Part shown: in pieces, positions 29,812 to 41,572 of the stretch | Layout: the number at the start of each line of letters is the position of its first letter | How positions within the stretch are numbered: the first letter of the stretch is position 1 | NCBI GenBank assembly: GCA_038231435.1 | Contig: JBBRLJ010000021.1 | Coordinates: 1-64,000 of the forward strand | Reading direction: 5' to 3' | Source: Planctomycetota bacterium | GTDB taxonomy: Bacteria > Planctomycetota > UBA11346 | Length of the DNA: 64,000 nt | Notes under the pieces: model-generated | Database searches by the model: none | What the model was told of the DNA's origin: nothing | The model's input: only the letters and a program-made list of their open reading frames with translations | Made by a program: the position numbers and the translations under genes

Positions 29812-32286
29812 ATGCTGTCGATGCCCCAGCTCGCCGAACGCTCGATCCTCGCTCCGCTCGATCGGGTGGCGCTCAGGATAGCGAAAGGGTCCGCTGAAAG
29901 GTCCACGAAAGGCGGCGTAGTGGTGGTGCGTGACGGGGCGGGCCGCGAGTACGTGCGCGCCAAGCCTTCGGCCACCGTCCGCTTCACCGTCGGCGGCGCG
30001 CTCGGCACCCATGTCGCGGCGCTGATCGACGCCAAGGGACGCGAACAGCAGGCGCTGCGCTTCCGTGTCGACTGCGCGACCGCGATCGACGACCGACGCG
30101 GCGAGTTCGGCCGGCTGTTGACGCTCCTCCACTACACCATGATCCACTGGAATGAGACCAGCAACCAGCTGGTCGATGGCCGCATCTACAAGTACTTCGT
30201 CGGCTGGCTACGCGATCACGTCCACGCCTTGAAGGGCATGAAGTATTTCTATTCGGATCTCAAGGACGGCATCGAGCTCTATCGCGACACCCAGCGCAAG
30301 GACGGCATGGTCTGGGACAACATCTATCCGCGCCACAAGGGCGCGAATTATTGGGACCAGATCTTCACCCCGGGCGGCTTCATCCGTCAGCTGCCGCCGG
30401 GCGGGCTCGAGATGAAGCGCATCCCGGTCGAGAACGACGTCGAGTACCTGTTCCTCGAGGGCATCTACTACACCTGGAAGGCCACCGGCGACGACGCGTG
30501 GATGGCGTCGTGCCTCGACGCGGCGGTCAAGGCCGTGGCGTACTCATTCCGCGACTCCTACCGCTGGTCCAAGCCGCACCGCCTGCTCAAGCGCGGCTAC
30601 ACCATCGACACCTGGGATTACCAGCCCAAAGAGGACGCCGATCGCACTGGCCACATCATGGTCGTCGATCCGGCCAAGTCGCGCTTCGGCGTCTTCCACG
30701 GCGATAACACCGGCATGCGCGCATCGTTGCGCTACCTCGCCGAGATGCTCGAGCACGCCGGCAGGCGCAAAGAGGCGGCGACGTTCCGCGAGCGCAGCGA
30801 CGAGCTGCAGCAGCGCCTCGACGAGGTCTCGTGGAATGGGAACTTCTACCGCCACCATGTCCCCGAGGACCTGAGCGTGGTGCGCGATCTGGGCGTCGAC
30901 CAGGACGCGCAGCTGTCGATGTCGAACGCCTACGCGCTCAATCGCGGGATGAGCCAGGAGCAGTGCGAGGCGATTATCGGCGAGTACCAACGCATCAGGG
31001 GTGCGCTGCCGGCGGGCTCGGCGGGCGAATGGTATTCGATCTTCCCGTGGTACGGCAAAGGGTTCAACGACGGCCAAGGCGAGTACATGAATGGCGGCGT
31101 GAACGTCATCACCGCGGGCGAGCTCGCGCACGGCGCGTTCGAGCACGGCTTCGAGAGCTACGGAGTCGACATCCTGCGCCGCCTCAAGGCCTTGGCCGAG
31201 AAGCACGATGGCTACCTCGACTGCTGCTACCGCGGCAAGATCGATCGCCCATCGGGTCGGACATTCGCGCCGCTCGACATCGGTGATGCGGCGAATGTCG
31301 ACTTCTCGGGAACGGGAGCCGATGGCGTGCCCGGCTGGACTGGCGAAGGCGCCAACGACCTGCACGAGATGCCGGTCGGCGACCAGGTCTTCCACGACAT
31401 CCCGTTTCGTGTCCCCGATCCGGCCGCCAATGCCCGTCGCGGCTGCATCGGCATCTCCAGCCGATCCGGCTACAAGCAGCGCGTCGAGATCGCGGTGGGA
31501 CGCACCGCGGCATCGCTCTATCTGCTGCACACGCTCTCGGGCGGCTCGGGCCTGGCGGGGACGTTGACCATCGCCTATGCCGACGGCAGCAGCGATTCTC
31601 GCTACGTCCGCCGCGGTTCGGACATCGTCGCCTGGTGGATGCCCGAGCATCCGAAATCCACCAGCGGCGTGCCGAAACTGAAGGTCGCCTGGGAGGGCGC
31701 CAACGCGACCTGCAAGCGCGTCGGCGTCGCGGCATGGGGCTTCGACAACCCGCATCCCGAGAAGCCGATCGCGCGCCTGGTGTTCGAGGCGGCGCAGGAT
31801 GGCGCCTGGTGGATGGTGTGCGGCATCACTCTGGGCGACAATCCGGCATGGTTCGAGCCGAGCGATGTGTCGTACGGCATTCCGGACAATTGGGGCGCCG
31901 CGGCCGTGGTCTACGCGCTGGTCGAGGGCCTGGCCGGCGTCGTCGACCGCGGCGCGGCCTTCGACCGCGTCGCGCTCTCGCCGCGTTGGAGCGCCGCGGG
32001 AGTGGACGCGGTCACGGCGCACGTGGCCTATCCGGCGTCGAAGGGCTATCTCTCGTATGCATACGCCCACGACAAGGCTGCGAAGCGCGTATCGCTGAGC
32101 GTGACCGGCGGCGGCGAAATCGCCGCGTGCAGCATCCTGCTGCCGGCGAAGGCCAAGCGCGTCAAGAGCGTGACGGTGGACCGGGCGAAGATCGCCTTCC
32201 GCGAGGGCGTGGTGCGCGGGTCGCGCTACGCCGAGTTCGAGATCGGTCTGATAGGCGTGCGCGAGGTGGTGGTGGCGTACGCGTGA
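29812..32286 (+). CDS. Putative six-hairpin glycosidase with inserted beta-sandwich domain
   Basis: WLRDHVH, PVENDVEY, TWKATGD, IDTWD and GEYMNGG motifs typical of (alpha/alpha)6 glycosidases; family unassigned. Confidence 0.65.
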   Translation: MLSMPQLAERSILAPLDRVALRIAKGSAERSTKGGVVVVRDGAGREYVRAKPSATVRFTVGGALGTHVAALIDAKGREQQALRFRVDCATAIDDRRGEFGRLLTLLHYTMIHWNETSNQLVDGRIYKYFVGWLRDHVHALKGMKYFYSDLKDGIELYRDTQRKDGMVWDNIYPRHKGANYWDQIFTPGGFIRQLPPGGLEMKRIPVENDVEYLFLEGIYYTWKATGDDAWMASCLDAAVKAVAYSFRDSYRWSKPHRLLKRGYTIDTWDYQPKEDADRTGHIMVVDPAKSRFGVFHGDNTGMRASLRYLAEMLEHAGRRKEAATFRERSDELQQRLDEVSWNGNFYRHHVPEDLSVVRDLGVDQDAQLSMSNAYALNRGMSQEQCEAIIGEYQRIRGALPAGSAGEWYSIFPWYGKGFNDGQGEYMNGGVNVITAGELAHGAFEHGFESYGVDILRRLKALAEKHDGYLDCCYRGKIDRPSGRTFAPLDIGDAANVDFSGTGADGVPGWTGEGANDLHEMPVGDQVFHDIPFRVPDPAANARRGCIGISSRSGYKQRVEIAVGRTAASLYLLHTLSGGSGLAGTLTIAYADGSSDSRYVRRGSDIVAWWMPEHPKSTSGVPKLKVAWEGANATCKRVGVAAWGFDNPHPEKPIARLVFEAAQDGAWWMVCGITLGDNPAWFEPSDVSYGIPDNWGAAAVVYALVEGLAGVVDRGAAFDRVALSPRWSAAGVDAVTAHVAYPASKGYLSYAYAHDKAAKRVSLSVTGGGEIAACSILLPAKAKRVKSVTVDRAKIAFREGVVRGSRYAEFEIGLIGVREVVVAYA

Positions 32287-32316
32287 CGGACGTGGGCGTC
32301 GTCCATCTCGGTGGGA

Positions 32317-34119
32317 TCAGCCGCGTAGCTGCTGGCCTTCGACCAGCTCCCTGAACAGGCCGGGCTTCGCCACCAGCTCATCGTAGCTGCCGTCCTGCTC
32401 GACCGCGCCGTCGCGCATGACGACGATGCGATCGACGTTCTTCACCGTCGCCAGGCGGTGTGCGATGAAGATGGCGGTGCGGCCGGCCAGGTTCTTCTCG
32501 AGGGCCTTCTGGATCAGGTCCTCGCTCAAGGTGTCGAGCGCCGAGGTGGCCTCGTCGAAGATGAAGAAGGGGGCGTCGGCGAGCAGCACGCGCGCGATCG
32601 CCATGCGCTGGCGCTGGCCGCCCGACAGCGACGAGCCGCCTTCGCCGACGCGGGTGCTCAGCTGCTGGGGCAGCTGCGAGACGAACTCCCAGGCGTTCGC
32701 CAGCTCGCAGGCACGCTGGATCGCCTGGTCGTCGGCATCGGCCCGGGCGACCTTGACGTTGTCGCGGATGGTGGTGCGGAAGATGAAGGGATCCTGGGGC
32801 ACCACGCCGAAGCGCTTGCGCAGCTCGGAGCCGCGCAGGTTGCGCAGATCGACGCCCGCCAGCGAGAGAGCGCCCTGCTGCGGATCGTAGAGCCGCAGCA
32901 ACAGCTGCGAGATGGTGGTCTTGCCGGCGCCGGAGGGACCGACGAAGGCGATCTTCTGGCCGTAGGGGATGCGCAAAGAGATGTCGCGCAGCACCGTCTT
33001 GTCCTCGTAGGCGAAGGACACGTGGTCGAACACCAGGTCTCCGGCCGGAGGTACCGGCAGTTCCGGCCCGACCGGATCCGGGGTCGAACTCGCTTCCTGC
33101 AGCACCGTGCCGATGCGCTCGATCGCCGCCTGCGCTCCGCCGAGCATGGTCAGCGATGAGTAGAGGAAGTTCACCGGCGCTTGGAGCGCGACGAAGCTGA
33201 TCAGCACGCCGGTCACTTCGCCCGCGTTCACGTGCCCGGTGGCGAAACGCCACGCGCACGCCGCCATCAGGACCGCGTAGGACACGTAGAACAGGCCTTC
33301 CTGCTTCATCCATTCGATGTGGCTCTTGATGTCGCGTTCGTAGCTCTTCTGGCCGATCTTCAACGCCTCCTGCTCGAAGGACATCGAGGCCTGCTCCTCC
33401 ATCACGTACAGCTTCACCGCGCGGTTGCCGCGCAGCAGGTCGGAGATGTGGCCGCTGACGTCGCCTTCGAGCTTCTGGAAATCCTTCGAGATCTTCTTCA
33501 CCCGGTCGCGCGAGTGGGCCATGATCCAGCAGCTGAGGATCAGCGACAGAGCGAGGATGCCGGCGAGGGTGGGATCCCAAGCCGAGGCCAGGGCCAGGCT
33601 CGACAGCAGCGTGATCACCGCTCCCGGCCCATGCATCGAGGTCTGCTGGTAGAAACCCATGATCTGGCCGAGAGGCGAGCCGAACAGGTAGCTGAAGAGC
33701 TCGCCCGAGGGATGGTTACCGTGGAAGCGCAGGCACAGGTGGTTGACCCGACGGAAGAAGCGCGCGCGCAGCGCCAGCACCACGCGCTCGCGCACCCAGG
33801 TGAAGATCCGGTAACCGATGTGCCAGACCAGCATGCGCAGGATGAGCGTCGACACGAGGTAGATGCCACACAGCCACGCGACGCGACGCCAGCGCTCGGC
33901 CTGGTCGATGTCGGTGGGCAGCAGCACCGAATTGATCAGGTAGGTCGGCGCGACGTTCTGGAAGGTGATGGCCGCGCCGTGGAAACCGCCCATCACCATC
34001 GCCAGCAGCAGCCACCAGCGATAGGGTTTCATCAACGGCCATACCACCGTGCGCATGGTCGGCGGGGGCACGGCTGTGGGTGCCGTGGCTGCGGCGGGGT
34101 CTCCGGTGAACTGCGGCAT
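32317..34119 (-). CDS. ABC exporter, fused permease/ATPase
   Basis: TMD plus GPSGAGKT, LSGGQRQR, FDEATSALD and IAHRL motifs. Confidence 0.93.
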   Translation of the reverse strand: MPQFTGDPAAATAPTAVPPPTMRTVVWPLMKPYRWWLLLAMVMGGFHGAAITFQNVAPTYLINSVLLPTDIDQAERWRRVAWLCGIYLVSTLILRMLVWHIGYRIFTWVRERVVLALRARFFRRVNHLCLRFHGNHPSGELFSYLFGSPLGQIMGFYQQTSMHGPGAVITLLSSLALASAWDPTLAGILALSLILSCWIMAHSRDRVKKISKDFQKLEGDVSGHISDLLRGNRAVKLYVMEEQASMSFEQEALKIGQKSYERDIKSHIEWMKQEGLFYVSYAVLMAACAWRFATGHVNAGEVTGVLISFVALQAPVNFLYSSLTMLGGAQAAIERIGTVLQEASSTPDPVGPELPVPPAGDLVFDHVSFAYEDKTVLRDISLRIPYGQKIAFVGPSGAGKTTISQLLLRLYDPQQGALSLAGVDLRNLRGSELRKRFGVVPQDPFIFRTTIRDNVKVARADADDQAIQRACELANAWEFVSQLPQQLSTRVGEGGSSLSGGQRQRMAIARVLLADAPFFIFDEATSALDTLSEDLIQKALEKNLAGRTAIFIAHRLATVKNVDRIVVMRDGAVEQDGSYDELVAKPGLFRELVEGQQLRG

Positions 34120-34168
34120 GCGGTCCCTCAATATTCCGCGGATTGGCGGTCGATCGCGGGAGACATGA

Positions 34169-36022
34169 TCAGAACAGCTGTCCCGCGGCGAGTTCGTGGA
34201 ACTTGCCGCGTCTCTCGATCAACTCGGCGAAGCGGCCGCTCTCGATGACGCGGCCTTCGTCGAGCACCACGATCATGTCAGCGTTGCGCACCGTCGACAG
34301 GCGGTGCGCGATGACCACGGTGGTGCGGCCCTTCATCAGTAGGTCGAGCGCCTGCTGCACCTCGCGTTCGCTCTCGGGGTCGAGGGCGCTGGTGGCTTCG
34401 TCGAGGATCAGCAGCTTCGGGTCGCGGTAGAGCGCACGCGCGATCGCGAGCCGCTGGCGCTGGCCGCCGGACAGGCCGGCGCCGCGGTCGCCGAGCACGT
34501 GCTGGTAGCCGTCGGGGAGCTTGACGATGAAGTCGTGCGCGTTCGCGCACCGCGCCGCCTCTTCCACTCGCGCCAAATCGGGCTTGGCATCGCCCCATGC
34601 GATGTTGCCCACCACCGTGTCGTGGAACAGCACGACATCCTGGCTGACCACGCCGACGTGGCGGCGGATGCTCTGGCGGTCCACCTTGGTGAGGTCGTGG
34701 CCGTCGATGGTCACCACGCCCGAGGTCGGCTCGTAGAATCCGAGGATCAGTCCGGCAGTGGTGCTCTTGCCCGAGCCAGACGCGCCGACCAGCGCCACGC
34801 TGGTGCCGGCGGGGATGACCAGATCGAGGCCGTTCAGACTGTGCGAGGTGCTCTTCGGGTAGCGGAACGTGACGTTCTCGAGCCTGACCTCGCCGCGCAG
34901 CGATTCGATCCGGGGCTTGCCGGCGTTGTGCTCGTGGTCGTCGCGCTCGAACAGTTCGGAGAGCGAATTCATCGCATCGTGGGCCGCGGCGACCGCTGGG
35001 GTGCCGTCGAGGAAGGATCCGATGGATTGGCTGATCAGCGCGAAATAGGCCATGATCACCAGCAGATCGCCGATCGTGATCCAGTGCTTGCAGCAGAAGT
35101 ACACCGCTGTGCCGTAGACGATCATGTTCACCAGCTGATTGCCGGCCCACGCCATCGAGCCGAACAGCGCCTGCAGCTTGTCGAGCTGGTAGCCGCGCGC
35201 GGCCACCGAGCTGGCCGCGATGCCGACGCGGTCCTCGGTGAAGCTCTCCACCGCGTGCGCGCGCGTGACGCGCACGCCCGAGAGCGCCTCGAAGAGGAAG
35301 GCGCTGAAGCCGGATTCCGCCTTGCGGTAGGCCTCGTTCTTGGCCCTCAGCGGCTTCCAGAAGAAGCGCCAGATCATCAGGTTGGTCGGCACCGCGAGCA
35401 GCATCAGCATCAGCAGGCGCCAGTCCTTCATGCCCATGATCACGGTCATGATGATGATGCTGGTGCCTTGCATCAGCACGACCTCGAAGAGGTAGTTCTG
35501 CAGGCCCTCGAGGCGGTTCATGTCGAGCACGAACTTGTTCTGCAGCTCGCCGATCTGGTTGCGGTCGTGGAAGGCGAAGGTGAGCACGTGGACGCGGCGC
35601 ATCAGCGCCCGTCGCAGGCTCGCCGTCAGGGCGCGCCGCTGGCGCGACAGCAGCAACCGTTGCGGAAAGGTCGAAGCGACATTGAGCACGCACAGGCCGA
35701 AGGTCGCTGCCAGCACCCGGGGCAGCGCGCGCATGGCGGCGTCGGGGTCGGTCGCAAGTAGGTTCAGCAGGTAGCCGCTCAGCAACGGCAGGATGTAAGT
35801 GGGCGAATGGCGGAGATTGATCAGCACCACCGCCAGCGGGATCATCCAGTGCTTGTTGGGCACCAGCGTCAGGTAGGCGCCCAACGTCGAGCGCTCCCTC
35901 GCCTGGGGTACCAGCGCGTAGAGCTTCTCAGTCTTGATGTGGAAGGTCGGCGCGTCGCCGTCGGTGTCGCCGGCGATCCGGGGCACGCGGGAGGTGACAG
36001 CGGCGGCCGGCGAGTCGGCCAT
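34169..36022 (-). CDS. ABC exporter, fused permease/ATPase
   Basis: TMD plus GASGSGKS, LSGGQRQR, LDEATSALD and IAHRL motifs. Confidence 0.93.
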   Translation of the reverse strand: MADSPAAAVTSRVPRIAGDTDGDAPTFHIKTEKLYALVPQARERSTLGAYLTLVPNKHWMIPLAVVLINLRHSPTYILPLLSGYLLNLLATDPDAAMRALPRVLAATFGLCVLNVASTFPQRLLLSRQRRALTASLRRALMRRVHVLTFAFHDRNQIGELQNKFVLDMNRLEGLQNYLFEVVLMQGTSIIIMTVIMGMKDWRLLMLMLLAVPTNLMIWRFFWKPLRAKNEAYRKAESGFSAFLFEALSGVRVTRAHAVESFTEDRVGIAASSVAARGYQLDKLQALFGSMAWAGNQLVNMIVYGTAVYFCCKHWITIGDLLVIMAYFALISQSIGSFLDGTPAVAAAHDAMNSLSELFERDDHEHNAGKPRIESLRGEVRLENVTFRYPKSTSHSLNGLDLVIPAGTSVALVGASGSGKSTTAGLILGFYEPTSGVVTIDGHDLTKVDRQSIRRHVGVVSQDVVLFHDTVVGNIAWGDAKPDLARVEEAARCANAHDFIVKLPDGYQHVLGDRGAGLSGGQRQRLAIARALYRDPKLLILDEATSALDPESEREVQQALDLLMKGRTTVVIAHRLSTVRNADMIVVLDEGRVIESGRFAELIERRGKFHELAAGQLF

Positions 36023-36228
36023 CGGCCGGACTCCAATCTCGATGGGCATGATTGCGCGTGGCGGAGGGGCGATGACGAGCGGCGCAGTATCCGCTTGCGC
36101 GCTAGGCCTGCAATGGGCCCTGGACAACTACAATCCACGTTAGATCAGTCAGTCCTGATATACTTGAATAAGATGTTATAACCCAGGGACTAACGACACG
36201 ATCCTGATCAGATCACAGGGCCGTCACG

Positions 36229-38172
<1,944 letters not shown>

Positions 38173-38434
38173 GGAACGAGGGTACGGGAGCCACCTACGG
38201 GTGGGACGCCATTCCCCCGCGCTTTCGACATGCCTTTCGTTGCAGACGTTGTGCCCACCGCCACATCTCGGGCCTGCGCCCAGGCTGAGATCCCTGTGGA
38301 ACGTTGCCCGCGGCCAGGTTCGACGCTTGCCGTCGCGGTCGACCTCCTACCCTTGCCACGGCACCGGGGACGCGTCGCCGGACCTGGTGCGCCATCGAGC
38401 CTGTCATCGACGGGATCCACGCACAGGGACGGGC

Positions 38435-39766
38435 ATGAGCGCGCAATCGACGTTGAACCAGCCGGCGAACTCGGTGAAGAATCCCGCGTACAACGCCACC
38501 AATAAAGTGGTGCTCGGCCTCCAATGGGGCGACGAGGGCAAGGGCAAGGTCATCGACCTGCTCGCAGACAAGGCCGACGTGGTGGTGCGCTGCCAAGGCG
38601 GCGCCAACGCCGGCCACACCGTGGTGGTGGGCTCGCGAAAGACCGTGCTGCACCTGCTGCCGTCAGGCGTCCTGCACGAGCGCTCGCGCTGCATCATCGG
38701 CAACGGCGTGGTGGTCGACCCGATCGCGCTGTGCGCAGAGCTCGACGAGCTCAAGGCCGGTGGTTGCGATCCCACGCGTCGGCTGTTCGTCAGCGACCGC
38801 GCCCATCTGGTCCTGCCCTGCCACAAGGCGCTCGACGCCGCGGCCGAGAAATCCAAGGGCGACGCCAAGGTCGGCACCACCCTGCGCGGCATCGGGCCGT
38901 GCTATATCGACAAGGCCGCGCGCACCGGGCTGCGCTGCGGCGATCTGCGCGACATGACGGCGTTCAAAGCCAAGCTGCGCGCCCACCTCGCGGACTTCGA
39001 CAAGCTGGTCCGCGCCCACGGCGGTTCCGACACCGATCTCGATCAGGCCGAGGCGCAGGTGCTGCCCGCCTGCGCGCGCATCGCCCCGCTGGTCGCGGAC
39101 ACGGCGGCGCTGCTGCACGAATCCGCGGCCAAGGGCCAGGGTTTCCTGTTCGAGGGCGCGCAGGGCGCGATGCTCGACATCGACTACGGCACCTATCCCT
39201 TCGTCACCAGCTCGAACACCGGAATCGGCGGCGTCATCACCGGTTCCGGGCTGTCGCACAAGCAGCTCGGCGAGGTCATCGGCGTGGTCAAGGCGTACTC
39301 GACGCGCGTCGGCGGCGGACCGTTTCCGGTCGAGCTGCTGGGCGCTAAGGGCGACGAGATCCGCAAGCGCGGAGCCGAATTCGGCGCCACCACCGGGCGT
39401 CCGCGCCGCTGTGGCTGGCTCGACCTGGTGGCGGTCCGGTTCGCCTGCCGGCTCAACGGCGTCGACTCCATCGCGCTCACCAAGCTCGACATCCTCTCCA
39501 ACGAGCCCGAGCTGCCGGTGTGCGTCGCCTACGAGCTCGACGGCAAGCGCATCGACACCATCCCCGCGCGCATCGACGACCTGGCGCGCGTGACGCCGGT
39601 GTGGGAGAAGCTCGCCGGGTGGACCGAGCCACTGCAGCCCTGCCGCACGATCGAGTCGATGCCCACGAACGCGCGCGCATATGTGCGCTTCATCGAGGAG
39701 CGGGTGGGCGTCCCGGTGCGCTGGATCGGCACTGGACCCGGGCGCGACGAAATCGTCATCCGATGA
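38435..39766 (+). CDS. purA: Adenylosuccinate synthetase
   Basis: GLQWGDEGKGK, QGGANAGHT, EGAQG, GTYPFVTSS and EFGATTGRPRRCGWLD motifs. Confidence 0.98.
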   Translation: MSAQSTLNQPANSVKNPAYNATNKVVLGLQWGDEGKGKVIDLLADKADVVVRCQGGANAGHTVVVGSRKTVLHLLPSGVLHERSRCIIGNGVVVDPIALCAELDELKAGGCDPTRRLFVSDRAHLVLPCHKALDAAAEKSKGDAKVGTTLRGIGPCYIDKAARTGLRCGDLRDMTAFKAKLRAHLADFDKLVRAHGGSDTDLDQAEAQVLPACARIAPLVADTAALLHESAAKGQGFLFEGAQGAMLDIDYGTYPFVTSSNTGIGGVITGSGLSHKQLGEVIGVVKAYSTRVGGGPFPVELLGAKGDEIRKRGAEFGATTGRPRRCGWLDLVAVRFACRLNGVDSIALTKLDILSNEPELPVCVAYELDGKRIDTIPARIDDLARVTPVWEKLAGWTEPLQPCRTIESMPTNARAYVRFIEERVGVPVRWIGTGPGRDEIVIR

Positions 39767-40539
39767 ACCCGCCGACCGCCGTCGACGCCACGGCCGCCGC
39801 GTACGCCGCCGCCGCCGGCCTCGATCCGGCGCGCCTGCCTCGGCACGCGGCGGTGATCATGGACGGCAACGGCCGCTGGGCCAAACGCCACGGTTGGGAC
39901 CGCACTCGCGGGCACCAGCGCGGCGCGGAAGTGGTCCGGGCGATCACCACCGAGAGCGTGAAGCTGGGCATCAAGCGCCTGACGCTGTACGCGTTCTCGA
40001 GCGAGAACTGGAGCCGGCCCAAGCGCGAGGTCGCCTTCCTCATGAGCCTGCTGGCCGACTTCCTGCGCGGCGAGCTGCCGACGCTGCAGGAGAACGGCGT
40101 TCGGCTCGAAGCCATCGGCCGGCTCGAGCGCCTGCCCGCCGAGGTGCTCGCGCCGCTCGATGCCGCGCGCGCCGCGACCGCCGCGAACCACCACATGGTG
40201 CTGTGCCTGGCGCTCAGCTATGGCGGCCGCGAGGAGATCGTGGACGCGGCTCGCGCGCTCGCGCGCGACGTCGCCGCCGGACGGCTGGCCCCCGACGCCA
40301 TCGATGAGGCGGCGTTCCAGGCGCGGCTCTATGGCGGAGTGTGCGTGTTCGGCGCCGACGAGGCCGACGTCGTCATCCGCACCGCCGGCGAGCAGCGCCT
40401 GTCGAACTTCCTGCCATGGCAGGCGAACTACGCCGAATACGTCTCGGCCCCGCCGCTGTGGCCGGACTTCACGGTCGCGGACTACCGCGCGGCGTTGAAG
40501 GAGTTCCAGGGCCGCGAGCGGCGATTCGGAACGGTATAA
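39763..40539 (+). CDS. uppS: Undecaprenyl/polyprenyl diphosphate synthase
   Basis: IMDGNGRWA, YAFSSENWSRP, SYGGREEI and IRTAGEQRLSNFLPWQ motifs. Confidence 0.96.
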   Translation: MNPPTAVDATAAAYAAAAGLDPARLPRHAAVIMDGNGRWAKRHGWDRTRGHQRGAEVVRAITTESVKLGIKRLTLYAFSSENWSRPKREVAFLMSLLADFLRGELPTLQENGVRLEAIGRLERLPAEVLAPLDAARAATAANHHMVLCLALSYGGREEIVDAARALARDVAAGRLAPDAIDEAAFQARLYGGVCVFGADEADVVIRTAGEQRLSNFLPWQANYAEYVSAPPLWPDFTVADYRAALKEFQGRERRFGTV

Positions 40540-40588
40540 GGTTTCCCGCTCGCACCGCGGAAGCTGCGGGAGCCTCTCCCGCTTTCCG

Positions 40589-41443
40589 TTAGCCCTTCCA
40601 TTCCCCTTCGAACACCGTCACCGCGGGTCCCGTCAGCCGCACGGGTGCGTCGTCGCGAGGCCAGGAGACGTGGAGGTCGCCGCCGGAGAGGCGGATGAGG
40701 GCTTCGCGGGTGTCGATGCGATGGTCGAGCACGGCCGCGACCAAAGTCGCACAGGCCCCGGTGCCGCAGGCCTGGGTCTCGCCGGAGCCGCGCTCCCAGG
40801 TGCGCTGGCGCAGCACCGCCAGGCCGGCTTCGTCGGCGAGGCGCGCGACGAACTCGACATTGGTGCGATTCGGGAAGCGCGGATGGCGTTCGAGGACCGG
40901 TCCGACGCGGCCGACCGGGAACGCATCCGGATCATCTACGAACAGTACGGCGTGGGGATTGCCCATGCCGACGGCGAGTAGGCGGAAGCGTTCGCCGCCG
41001 ATCGTGACCGGCAGCGTCAGCTTCGGACCGCGCCCCGGATGCTTGACGGGGATCGACGTCGGGGTCAGGCGCGGGCGGCCCATGCTGACGCTCGCTCCGG
41101 TCACGCGCTTGCCATCGAAGCGGAGCTCGACGTCGAGCAGGCCGGCTCCAGTTTCGAAGCGCATGGTGCGTTCACGCACGCGGCGGTGGTCCCACGCGAG
41201 CTTCGCCGCGCAGCGGATGCCGTTGCCGCACATCTCCGAGCGCGAGCCGTCGGCATTGAACATGATCATGCACGCTTCCGCCACGCGCGAGGGGGCGACC
41301 ACGATCAACCCATCCGCGCCTATGCCGGCGTGCCGGTCGCTGACTCGGCGTGCAAGCCCGGGCAGATCGCCAGGCAGCGTCTCGCTCCAGGCATCCACGT
41401 AGACGTAGTCATTGCCGCAGCCGTGCATTTTGGTGAAGCGCAT
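40589..41443 (-). CDS. dapF: Diaminopimelate epimerase
   Basis: FTKMHGCGNDY, NADGSRSEMCGNG, MGNPH and WERGSGETQACGTG motifs. Confidence 0.97.
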   Translation of the reverse strand: MRFTKMHGCGNDYVYVDAWSETLPGDLPGLARRVSDRHAGIGADGLIVVAPSRVAEACMIMFNADGSRSEMCGNGIRCAAKLAWDHRRVRERTMRFETGAGLLDVELRFDGKRVTGASVSMGRPRLTPTSIPVKHPGRGPKLTLPVTIGGERFRLLAVGMGNPHAVLFVDDPDAFPVGRVGPVLERHPRFPNRTNVEFVARLADEAGLAVLRQRTWERGSGETQACGTGACATLVAAVLDHRIDTREALIRLSGGDLHVSWPRDDAPVRLTGPAVTVFEGEWKG

Positions 41444-41572
41444 GGATACCCGCCTCGGCCGAGCATAGCCGGCTCCGGACTGCGCGGTATCCCCCCTAAA
41501 TGCAGCGGCGGAAGCGCCGCGGCGACCGCCTGGGCGTTGGACCTGCGGACAGGCGGCGCCACACTGCGGCCG

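Noticed and set aside
38260..38345. ZTP (pfl) riboswitch near purA
   Set aside because: CCACAGGGA and GCCTGGGC fragments occur on the strand pointing away from purA, and the 5' GACTG..GTGG elements and spacing do not fit.
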